Origin: an uncultured virus (IMG/VR IMGVR_UViG_3300022921_000003)
Lineage: Duplodnaviria; Heunggongvirae; Uroviricota; Caudoviricetes
IMG/VR virus record: IMGVR_UViG_3300022921_000003
DNA: 64,000 nt
Direction: 5' to 3' (one strand)
Of the stretch, positions 38,357-46,505 are shown piece after piece; positions within the stretch are counted from its first letter, which is position 1; every line of letters starts with the position of its first letter. The notes beneath the pieces are model-generated. The model was not told the DNA's origin, did not search any database, and saw only the letters and a list, made by a program, of their open reading frames with translations. Position numbers and translations under genes: made by a program.

Positions 38357-39050
38357 TCTCTCTCAATACATCTTTACCAAACTGTTTTACAAGAGACTTT
38401 CTCATCAACTCTTCACGTTCTTTATTGAAACCACCATGCATAATAAAGTGATATCTGTTCTCATTTGAACTGTTTAGTGCTTCATGTTCCACACCGTTAT
38501 CAAACCAGAAGCCAGTGCAGTTCTCAAAAGGCAATTCTTCTTTTGTGTCTGCTCGTCTTAGGTAACAGTTCTCTGGTTGATAGAATGCAATGTTAATTGC
38601 ACCAGCAATGTTTCTAATTCTGTTCTCTCTTATTCTCTGTGGACTTGCATCATTATGTGCGTCAATACCAGCACCAGGCTCTAACAACATGAAACGTAAA
38701 CGTCTATAAGTTTTGTGGGGGAAGTCCTCCAACCACCTCTTTGTCTCTGGACAGACCTCTGCAATCTCTGTCCAGCCCCACTCAACATCTTCCTCTTTCA
38801 GTCCATGACCTTCTGGGTTTTTGGTGTGAAACCACCCAAGAGAAATATCACTACCTTTCTCCACAAAACTGTGAATGGATGCAGACTTCCAACCGCCATG
38901 TCCACCGTCACCAAAACGATGCTGTACAAAGAACCCCTCGTCGTACACTGCTTGTGCCTCTTGAATGCAAACCTCTGGTATCTCTATGTCCATCTTGAGA
39001 TACCAGACATCATTATCTCTGCACCAATCTACAATCTGTTTATGACTCAT
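38346..39050 (-). CDS. Asp/Asn beta-hydroxylase-family 2OG-Fe(II) oxygenase
   Basis: RLRFMLLEPGAGIDAHND...HEALNSSNENRYHFIMH. Confidence 0.75.
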   Translation of the reverse strand: MSHKQIVDWCRDNDVWYLKMDIEIPEVCIQEAQAVYDEGFFVQHRFGDGGHGGWKSASIHSFVEKGSDISLGWFHTKNPEGHGLKEEDVEWGWTEIAEVCPETKRWLEDFPHKTYRRLRFMLLEPGAGIDAHNDASPQRIRENRIRNIAGAINIAFYQPENCYLRRADTKEELPFENCTGFWFDNGVEHEALNSSNENRYHFIMHGGFNKEREELMRKSLVKQFGKDVLREIDE

Positions 39051-39685
39051 TTGCCTATCACCATAAACCTTTCCATACCATTTGCCAGTTTCTTTGTCCC
39101 ACTATACATGATGTCCACAAACTCAGCCTGCTCTGCAAGTTCTTCTGGACCACTCACACAATTAATGTGATCCTCATATTTATCTTCATTTGTTGATTGT
39201 AAAACATAGACAGCATCATTGAAGAAACCTCTATTGAGTTGTTTAAATCTAGTCATTGGAAACATGTGTTCACAAGACGTATTGATAATAAGATTAAATA
39301 CAGGCTCCGTTTTCTTTTGTTTGTTCCATATAGGATCAAACATCGTGTTTACAATATCACACTTATATTGTTTTTTATCTTTATATGTCTTGTTAAATTT
39401 ATAACCAATTGTCTTTGCATCCTCATCAATCTCAAAATTATGAATGAACTCGACGCCGTGTTCTATCAACAAGGGAACAATATAGTTTGCATACCAACCA
39501 CCAAGAAGAGCAACTGACTTTGGAAACAACATAAGTTCTGACAACTCATTTACAATCCACAACTTACTTTCTAATTGAGATTGGTTCATAGAAACCATTA
39601 CTCTTTTGTACAGATATGTTTCTGATGATGATAATGCGTTTTTCCAATCGTGAGCCAACTCTGGAGTAAATTTCAAATATTCCAT
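39047..39685 (-). CDS. class I SAM-dependent methyltransferase-like protein
   Basis: SQLESKLW, VALLGGWY, FEID, IINTSCEHM, RFMVIG. Confidence 0.6.
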   Translation of the reverse strand: MEYLKFTPELAHDWKNALSSSETYLYKRVMVSMNQSQLESKLWIVNELSELMLFPKSVALLGGWYANYIVPLLIEHGVEFIHNFEIDEDAKTIGYKFNKTYKDKKQYKCDIVNTMFDPIWNKQKKTEPVFNLIINTSCEHMFPMTRFKQLNRGFFNDAVYVLQSTNEDKYEDHINCVSGPEELAEQAEFVDIMYSGTKKLANGMERFMVIGK

Positions 39686-40386
39686 AAAGATTTCATCTCC
39701 TCAACATCATTATTTTCTGCACTATTGTTAAACAAACAAATCTTATGATCAGTCCTAAGTTTATTTTTCTCCATATCATCTGGAAACACATTACCCTTAT
39801 ACCAAGAGTAAATATCTCCTTGTGGGAATCCTTGAACATAACCACTATCTTCCCAAGGATTATACCAGTGGTGAGCAAAGTAATTGTCTAAACTAGGATA
39901 TGTGAAGAAGATAACCTCTGCATTATCTTTAACGTGTTGTAACACGGGTTTCATCTGCCCTCTGTTCCATCGAATGACAGAGGAATTTAGTGGAGTTGAA
40001 CTATGCTTTGCATAGTTCTTCTTGACTGTTTCCATGTCATTCCACCACCCACGGACAATCCAAGGTTTGTTCATAGGCAACTCAAAGAAGTATTTTAGGT
40101 CTTGATGTATGACCACATCTAGGTCAACAAAAAGAAACTTGTCACCTTCCACATAATCATCACTGAACATATAACACTTACGCCAGGCCCAGAAGAAGTT
40201 CTTACTTGGAATGTAGTGGTGGTCAAGATATGTTGGGAGTTTAATATCGTATTCATGGGTCGGTTTGTCAGTAAAACAATAGAAGTTGAAATCAACAGAA
40301 CAGTTTTTTTCGCACTGCTCTTTTAGTTTCTCCACATAACTATCGTCGTACTTATCACCCCACTTAATACACAGTATGTTGTTCAT
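39673..40386 (-). CDS. GT-A-like glycosyltransferase
   Basis: ILCIKWGDKY...YV..L, FYCFTD, LFVDLDVVI (DxD), NSSV..W. Start moved to MNNIL. Confidence 0.7.
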   Translation of the reverse strand: MNNILCIKWGDKYDDSYVEKLKEQCEKNCSVDFNFYCFTDKPTHEYDIKLPTYLDHHYIPSKNFFWAWRKCYMFSDDYVEGDKFLFVDLDVVIHQDLKYFFELPMNKPWIVRGWWNDMETVKKNYAKHSSTPLNSSVIRWNRGQMKPVLQHVKDNAEVIFFTYPSLDNYFAHHWYNPWEDSGYVQGFPQGDIYSWYKGNVFPDDMEKNKLRTDHKICLFNNSAENNDVEEMKSLWNI

Positions 40387-41614
40387 AATATGGTTTCCAC
40401 TCAGGAGCAAGGTCAAGCAAACATGTACCTCTATGTAGGTCACGACTCTTAACGTCTTTGAGCATCTCGTACATCAGCTCTTCATCATAAGGGACAGTTT
40501 CCAAATAGTCAACGATCTTTTTGAAATCATCGTTGTACTCACTCTTCCAATTAGAAAAATATAAGTTGATGTATTCTTCTCGTATCTCTGGTGGTACGGT
40601 TGTTATAACATACTCCTCACCCTGTCCCCAAACGAGACTTCCAGTTGAAAATGGAAAAAACTTGCCTGGATATTTTTCCATGAGTCCACCTAAACCGTGT
40701 GCAATCTCCCATAGATACCCTATATTTAATGCATTGATTGTAGATACAAATAACACTTTTGTGTTAGGCAGAGAAGCATATCTTTCAGAATTCTTATAGA
40801 TTACATCCCACTTAGATGGGTATCTAAGATACTGATTACGTTCTCCCCATCCCTCAATAGAAATGTTTATCAGACACTCCTTGAACTCTGGAATATAATC
40901 GAAGATATTCTTACCATCATACTTAGGAGTGAGGGTTCCGTTAGTGGTAATTCTGAGGTCCATGTCCTTTGCTAGCCCACGGTCAACAATACGTTTCATC
41001 AAATCATAATTATATTTGATTGCCAGTGTCTCACCACCAGTTAATTTCAGTTCTACTAGATTGTCGATTACAAAGTCATCACACTCTTGTATGAAACTCT
41101 CTGCTTTCTCGTCGTTCTTGTATAGAGTATGATTACCAAGAAATTTAGCATTAGAACGCCCTATGTGTTGGTTCTCACGAGCAATACTAGATGAGTTTGC
41201 AGACCCACACATATGACAACGAAGATTACAGAAGTTGGATGGTGCAATCCACTCCATAGTACGAACAAAAGGAGTATCCATATCTGTTTCAAGATACTCT
41301 TCCAGTTCTTCCTTGAGTTCTGGTTTGTTATACTCTAAGTATTTGTTGTAAGTTCTACGATGGCTCTCTGGTGAATGTTTTTCTTGTTCTATACAAACCT
41401 CACAGTTGGATTCAACTAATGGACCACCACCCGCCATCATCTCCTTACGAAACTGTTTAACTTTATCAGACTGCCAATAATCTTTGATTGTTCTTTTTGT
41501 ATCCACTGACTCTTTAATAACACAACATGGTTTTATACGCCCAGAAACATCTGTAACAATATTCATGAAAGGTTGTGGACAGAACCAAGGATAATCTTCA
41601 ATCTTCTTCTTCAT
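40364..41614 (-). CDS. radical SAM enzyme with an N-terminal twitch/SPASM-like Cys domain
   Basis: CPQPF...PCC...CEVC, then CNLRCHMC (CxxxCxxC), GGE and TTNGT. Confidence 0.88.
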   Translation of the reverse strand: MKKKIEDYPWFCPQPFMNIVTDVSGRIKPCCVIKESVDTKRTIKDYWQSDKVKQFRKEMMAGGGPLVESNCEVCIEQEKHSPESHRRTYNKYLEYNKPELKEELEEYLETDMDTPFVRTMEWIAPSNFCNLRCHMCGSANSSSIARENQHIGRSNAKFLGNHTLYKNDEKAESFIQECDDFVIDNLVELKLTGGETLAIKYNYDLMKRIVDRGLAKDMDLRITTNGTLTPKYDGKNIFDYIPEFKECLINISIEGWGERNQYLRYPSKWDVIYKNSERYASLPNTKVLFVSTINALNIGYLWEIAHGLGGLMEKYPGKFFPFSTGSLVWGQGEEYVITTVPPEIREEYINLYFSNWKSEYNDDFKKIVDYLETVPYDEELMYEMLKDVKSRDLHRGTCLLDLAPEWKPYYEQHTVY

Positions 41615-41699
41615 AGATAAAATTATGTTCCTTATGTTCGTATTTTCTAAAACGAGATAAGAAAAATCTCACCCTGTAAATAAATTTCTTAATTTTCAT
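41598..41699 (-). CDS. micro-protein (33 aa), basic N-terminus and FIYEEED tail
   Basis: MKIKKFIYRVRFFLSRFRKYEHKEHNFIYEEED*; overlaps both neighbours and fills the gap between them. Confidence 0.55.
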   Translation of the reverse strand: MKIKKFIYRVRFFLSRFRKYEHKEHNFIYEEED

Positions 41700-42531
41700 T
41701 ATATATCTCTTTGTATTTGTCGTATAAAAAGTCTGCAATAAATTTATGTCCCACAGCATTCGGGTGGGGATCAGTTTTAGAAATCCTAAATTCGCCGCCG
41801 CCCTTGCGCTGTTGTGACCATCTGCCGGGTTTATTATGTGGGGATGCTTCATCAAGAATATGATCAATACAATATCCACCAATTTCATTCATTATTGGCC
41901 AACCTATAAATTTGTTTCCTATATTTTTTTCAATGTAATTGATATAAGGACTTTCAATTATTTCTTTTGCAGCCATTATACGACTGTCGTTTACTTTATA
42001 AAAATCGAGGGTTTCATTTGGACCTCCTACAGAACAATCAATAGTTTCTAATTCGGTTGTGCTATAAAGGGACATATTAAAAGTTCCTTGAATAAAAATA
42101 TAAGGTAAATCTTTCAAAAGTTTTTCAGCATGTATAAATGTTCTCAGGGTGTTGCGAGTTGCATGAAAAACATTTTGGTTTTCTAAAATAAATTTATTCA
42201 AACCCTCTGTATCACGAGGATTAACATGACGCCATTTATTCCAACTTTTACGGCGTTGAAATCCTATTCTCTGCCATTCACTCCACATCAAAACAATAAG
42301 ACCAATGTTCTTTTCGTTTAATACAACATCAAGAGTTTTTGCTAAAATTTGGTCATTACCAGAACCAGATTTGCCAAGATTTACACATTCCATATCAAGC
42401 ATATTTGAAAGATGTTCCGGCCATCTTGGAAAGTCGAAGTTTACATCAGGACTTTGTTTGGAGAACAAATTGTGTTCTGTGTAACTACATCCAATGGCAA
42501 TGAGTTTTTTTCTAGAAGACTTGAACACCAT
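41689..42531 (-). CDS. SGNH/GDSL hydrolase-like protein
   Basis: IGCSYT (block I), NLGKSGSGN (block II) and DPHPN..GH (block V). Start moved to MVFKSS. Confidence 0.7.
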   Translation of the reverse strand: MVFKSSRKKLIAIGCSYTEHNLFSKQSPDVNFDFPRWPEHLSNMLDMECVNLGKSGSGNDQILAKTLDVVLNEKNIGLIVLMWSEWQRIGFQRRKSWNKWRHVNPRDTEGLNKFILENQNVFHATRNTLRTFIHAEKLLKDLPYIFIQGTFNMSLYSTTELETIDCSVGGPNETLDFYKVNDSRIMAAKEIIESPYINYIEKNIGNKFIGWPIMNEIGGYCIDHILDEASPHNKPGRWSQQRKGGGEFRISKTDPHPNAVGHKFIADFLYDKYKEIYNEN

Positions 42532-43834
42532 ACTTCTCAATAAATCTAGTAGCGTCACGGGGTGAGTCAACCATTGGTTCACCCTTGATATTTAGTGATG
42601 TATTCAAAAGCATTGGACAACCTGTTGCATCGTACCACTCTTCTAGAATAGGACGAATGACAGACTTACAGTTCTTCTTTACAACCTGCACTCTCGCAGT
42701 TCCATCAACATGAGTGACAGACTTGTAATCGTGTTTTGCAGTGGCAACAAACTGCATGTATTCGTTCATTGGTCCTTCGAAGTATTCGTCTGCATACTCC
42801 TCTAGTATTGATGGTGCGAAAGGACGAAACCTCTGTCGTCTCTTGATGTCATTTACTGTGTCTTTGATGTCATATCTTGGGTCGCCTAGTAGAGAACGAT
42901 TACCCAAGGCTCTAGGTCCAAACTCTGCTCGACCATGTGCAATACCGCATACTCTGTTATTCAGAAGTTCTTGAATGACACCACGAACCCATATTGGGCG
43001 GTCTATGTCAGTTCCAAGATATGGACCTTCCCACTGCAACTTCTTTTTTTGTACAAGTGCTGCTGCACCTAGAGCAGACCCCGCATCACCAGGCGACGGC
43101 ATAATCCATATGTTCTTGTCTTGTATCTTACTGTTTGCAACACAGTTCAACGCACACCCACCCATCAGAATGATATTCTTCTTGGGACACATATTAACCA
43201 GTTCTAAAAGTTTTTTCTCGTATAGAGATTGCACAGATGCAGCAAGGTCTTCTGGTCTTGCGTCTTTCCAGACATCACCAACTCCACGATGATTGTTCAT
43301 CAACAGAAGGGGTTCCAAGTCATACAAAGGTTCACCAAACGCAGACATACCCATCGTGATATATTCATCCTCGTTGGGTTTCAGTCCTATACGTTGTGTG
43401 ATTGCCGAGTACAGAAGTCCTAGTGAGTATGGATACTTCCACGACTTCACCTTCTTCATGTTATCCCAAATGGATATAGTGTCCCACTCACCGATTGCAT
43501 CTACAACAATAATGTTGCAGTCATCGAATGGTGCAGTGTAATACCCTGCCGCAGCATGAGACTCGTGGTGACGAAAACTCACATCATACCTGATGCGAGG
43601 TTTCTTCCACTTCTGTCCAGCGTAAAGTCGTCTTAGATTTTTGGAAAATGGTTTCTCATAGTATGCAACTACTGCGTCACGATTATCTCTTATCTTTGAC
43701 AGTTGATACCAGTGAAGGTATTTGTCACCTTTTTTTCTACTGTGTCTCTCTGCATGAGATGCAAAAATAATCTTATTATCTTCTAGGACACAAATAGCAG
43801 CATCATGAAAACCTTCTGATATACCTATAATCAT
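42512..43834 (-). CDS. O-carbamoyltransferase (NodU/CmcH/TobZ family)
   Basis: HDAA, ER.SRKK, HHESHAA, VDAIGE, GGCALN, EFGPRALGNRS, RPFAP, LLNTSLN. Confidence 0.93.
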   Translation of the reverse strand: MIIGISEGFHDAAICVLEDNKIIFASHAERHSRKKGDKYLHWYQLSKIRDNRDAVVAYYEKPFSKNLRRLYAGQKWKKPRIRYDVSFRHHESHAAAGYYTAPFDDCNIIVVDAIGEWDTISIWDNMKKVKSWKYPYSLGLLYSAITQRIGLKPNEDEYITMGMSAFGEPLYDLEPLLLMNNHRGVGDVWKDARPEDLAASVQSLYEKKLLELVNMCPKKNIILMGGCALNCVANSKIQDKNIWIMPSPGDAGSALGAAALVQKKKLQWEGPYLGTDIDRPIWVRGVIQELLNNRVCGIAHGRAEFGPRALGNRSLLGDPRYDIKDTVNDIKRRQRFRPFAPSILEEYADEYFEGPMNEYMQFVATAKHDYKSVTHVDGTARVQVVKKNCKSVIRPILEEWYDATGCPMLLNTSLNIKGEPMVDSPRDATRFIEKYGVQVF

Positions 43835-44403
43835 GTAAAGGGAACGAATACTCCTGTGATGTTACCCTCATCATCTTTATGAATTTCTGTATTTTCATTT
43901 CTAAAAACTTGATAAAGTGCAAGAATTTCAATTGGACTACTTGCTTTTCTGATAGCAGTCTTTGCATTCTTTGACCTTTCAGATGTGTCAGAATCCTTAA
44001 CTTCATCTTTTTCGAAAATACTAAGTTTTAATGAGAACAATCTCTCTTTGTCTTCTGCACTCTCAAAATCAAAATTACTAAAGAACCTAAAGACTTCTGC
44101 ATTCCTTTCTACTGGGTCACCTACTGGGTCACTACCACTATATAAACCAGAACGTTCTGCATAACGATCAAAAGCATCCTTAAATTCTTGACGAATAATA
44201 TCATTTGCGGCCTTAGTGCGACCTTCAATGTCCTCATAAGAAGTTACTTCTAGAAGAGCCTGAAACTGTTCATCTTCTTCATCTACCTTAAGATAGTGTT
44301 CACGGTAGATGTTCATATCATCTTTCCAGAGAATCTTTACAGTATCCAACTCTGAATTTGTGTAAGTAACATCTGCGATTTTGTCTTCCCAAAAATATGC
44401 CAT
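43831..44403 (-). CDS. hypothetical protein linking the fibre genes to the tailoring operon
   Basis: 190-aa ORF with an AAGGA SD; its stop overlaps the carbamoyltransferase start. Confidence 0.65.
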   Translation of the reverse strand: MAYFWEDKIADVTYTNSELDTVKILWKDDMNIYREHYLKVDEEDEQFQALLEVTSYEDIEGRTKAANDIIRQEFKDAFDRYAERSGLYSGSDPVGDPVERNAEVFRFFSNFDFESAEDKERLFSLKLSIFEKDEVKDSDTSERSKNAKTAIRKASSPIEILALYQVFRNENTEIHKDDEGNITGVFVPFT

Positions 44404-44414
44404 TTTAGTATTCC

Positions 44415-45374
44415 TTATACCTGTGTAATCTTGAAGGTGTATGTTGAGATGGTTGTGGGTGAACCATCTGGAAATTCCTGTGCCCGATAATCATCAAGAC
44501 CAACCTGTAGAGTCTGATAGTTACCACTGCCATTAAGTCTTGTATCAACCATTGCCGTACCTCTGGAGTTACCAGAACCATTAATGTTATATGATAATTT
44601 ATTCCCTGCCGTATCTTCTGCTGCATAGTGACGAATATCATTCTTTAGAATTGCATTAAAAGAACTCGTATCAGAAGTCAAATCAACCTGATTTAAGTTA
44701 CCATCTGTGTCTACAAGAAGAAGTGCTTGTGATGGAAAAGACCTTGCATCACTACGTCTCTGTAGATAATAACTCGTGATGGTAGTGGGTTGGTCAAGTG
44801 TTTCTGGAATACCAGCAGCAGTATACAAAGTTGTATCTGCTCGTGTATCAAGAAAGATTGGAGTGGACGAACCAGATACTTCAGTATAGTTTGCAACTGA
44901 TGCAGAGGTAGAGATCGTATATGTTCCGTTAGTATACGCACTCTCACTAGCGGCAACCATTCCAGTTAGAGTTGCATAGATAAAGGTGTCCACATAGTCT
45001 GTGGCAGACATTGCAACAATATCATTACCATCATAGTATGCAGGGAATGCAACGTTGTTTGTATCACCAGTTGCACTGAGTGCCGTATTATATGTTGGTC
45101 CTGTAACCTTGTCGTAGTTGACAGTCACAGTTGAAGGTTCTGCTGTTGTTGCCTCATTAGGAAATGCAGATGCATTAGTTGAGTATGCACCAGCCTGTAG
45201 TCTGGTATCTGCCATTGTTGGGGATAAAGTACCACTAGAAGCAACGACACTTACCGTTACAGAAGGAGCTGTGCCGTACAGATACGCAATGTACTGTTTC
45301 CACTCGTTAATCTGAGTGGCATTCATCTCTTGAATATCTGTTCCATTATAGTATATTGGTGTTCTTACAGTCAT
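44415..45374 (-). CDS. putative virion protein with three internal repeats
   Basis: TPIYYNGTDIQEM / FPAYYDGNDIVAM / LLLVDTDGNLNQV, each followed by a DTR motif (MADTRL, FLDTRA, MVDTRL). Confidence 0.65.
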   Translation of the reverse strand: MTVRTPIYYNGTDIQEMNATQINEWKQYIAYLYGTAPSVTVSVVASSGTLSPTMADTRLQAGAYSTNASAFPNEATTAEPSTVTVNYDKVTGPTYNTALSATGDTNNVAFPAYYDGNDIVAMSATDYVDTFIYATLTGMVAASESAYTNGTYTISTSASVANYTEVSGSSTPIFLDTRADTTLYTAAGIPETLDQPTTITSYYLQRRSDARSFPSQALLLVDTDGNLNQVDLTSDTSSFNAILKNDIRHYAAEDTAGNKLSYNINGSGNSRGTAMVDTRLNGSGNYQTLQVGLDDYRAQEFPDGSPTTISTYTFKITQV

Positions 45375-46282
45375 TATCCAATTCCATTAATTGTTTTAAG
45401 TGTTGTGCCGCCTGAGTTTTTAACTAACAGAGTTGCAGTTGCTGTTGCGGCAATTGTTCCAGTAAAAGTTGCATTACCATTTGATGCAAACGTTAAAGCA
45501 TTTGTTGTGGTTGCAGGACCAATCGTACCAGTGTCATCAACAATCAATCCACCTACTCTAGTTGATCCAGGCGTAATTGTCAAGTCACCTGATGATGCAC
45601 CAGTTGCGGTTGTTGTACCAAAGATAACTTGGTCTGCACTTTCATCCCAACCAAGGAACACATTGTCACCAGTAGAACCACGTTCAATTACAATACCAGC
45701 ATCACTGGATGCAGACGTAGTGCCTGTTCCAAGTTCAATGAGGACATCTTCAATCGTTGTATTTGTTGCACTATTTGTTACTGTTGAACCGTTAACTGTG
45801 AGGTTACCTGTGATTGTAACATCGTCTGGGAGTCCGATTGTGATTGTACCAGAAGACTCTGATACCTCAACTTCGTTTGATGTACCAGCAAAAGTAACTG
45901 TACCACCAAGTGATGCAGAGGTTGATGTTCCACCACTTGCACCAAATGTAATACCACTGTTTGTTAGAGAAGAGTTACCAATATTACTTAGAGTATTAGA
46001 TGCACCACTTATTGTTTTGTTTGTAACTGTTGCAGTACTATCTGAGGTAAGAACAGTACCACTAGCATCAGGTAGAGTAATAGTTCTATCGGCGGTTGGG
46101 TCTGCTGCAACAAGAGTGGTTTCGAAATCATCTACTGTAGCACCCTCAAAAACAACACCGTCAGAGAAACCTAGTGATGCAAGAGTAACACTACTTACAT
46201 CTGATCTAAGAGTGTTAAACTGTTCTTTGAACTGTTCAAGAGAACTATCAAGTGAAAGTTCTGTTGCTGTTACTGTTGCCAT
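45374..46282 (-). CDS. tail fibre-like protein
   Basis: T/S/G-rich; VFEGAT.DDFETTL...PTADRTITLPDA and DAGIVIERG....FLGWDES fibre motifs. Confidence 0.7.
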   Translation of the reverse strand: MATVTATELSLDSSLEQFKEQFNTLRSDVSSVTLASLGFSDGVVFEGATVDDFETTLVAADPTADRTITLPDASGTVLTSDSTATVTNKTISGASNTLSNIGNSSLTNSGITFGASGGTSTSASLGGTVTFAGTSNEVEVSESSGTITIGLPDDVTITGNLTVNGSTVTNSATNTTIEDVLIELGTGTTSASSDAGIVIERGSTGDNVFLGWDESADQVIFGTTTATGASSGDLTITPGSTRVGGLIVDDTGTIGPATTTNALTFASNGNATFTGTIAATATATLLVKNSGGTTLKTINGIG

Positions 46283-46504
46283 TTACTTATCCTCTACCAG
46301 TTTCAATAACATATTCTTAATTTCATGCATTTCGGATTTAAGACTATTTAGTTCTCTTGTAGTCTCACGAATTTCATCACGTTGTCTTTGAGCCTCTTCT
46401 GCACGTTTCTTTGCAATGAGGTATGCAGACTTGTTTGTGTTCACAATTGCATTTGATCTTTCATCACGAACCAAATCATTATGTCCTTCAACTTGTATTC
46501 TCAT
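46283..46504 (-). CDS. conserved small coiled-coil protein following the large virion protein
   Basis: VEGH.DLVRD..S.AIVN...E.NSLKSEM.EIK.ML. Confidence 0.75.
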   Translation of the reverse strand: MRIQVEGHNDLVRDERSNAIVNTNKSAYLIAKKRAEEAQRQRDEIRETTRELNSLKSEMHEIKNMLLKLVEDK

Positions 46505-46505
46505 C

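Noticed and set aside
31354..41614. 7-deazaguanine DNA modification pathway (QueC/QueE)
   Set aside because: No folE, queD or dpdA in the window; the radical SAM protein is too long and not QueE-like, and the QueC-like genes are degenerate. It cannot be excluded for the rest of the genome.
29610..41830. Small GC-rich patches in AT-rich accessory genes (~29616-29645 and ~41790-41830)
   Set aside because: They are largely explained by Gly/Pro/Arg codons and too short to call without statistics.
45330..46391. 353-aa plus-strand ORF and similar antisense ORFs (14064, 20766, 51259, 58489, 63339)
   Set aside because: They mirror well-supported minus-strand genes, have no motifs or SD, and are explained by codon bias on the coding strand.
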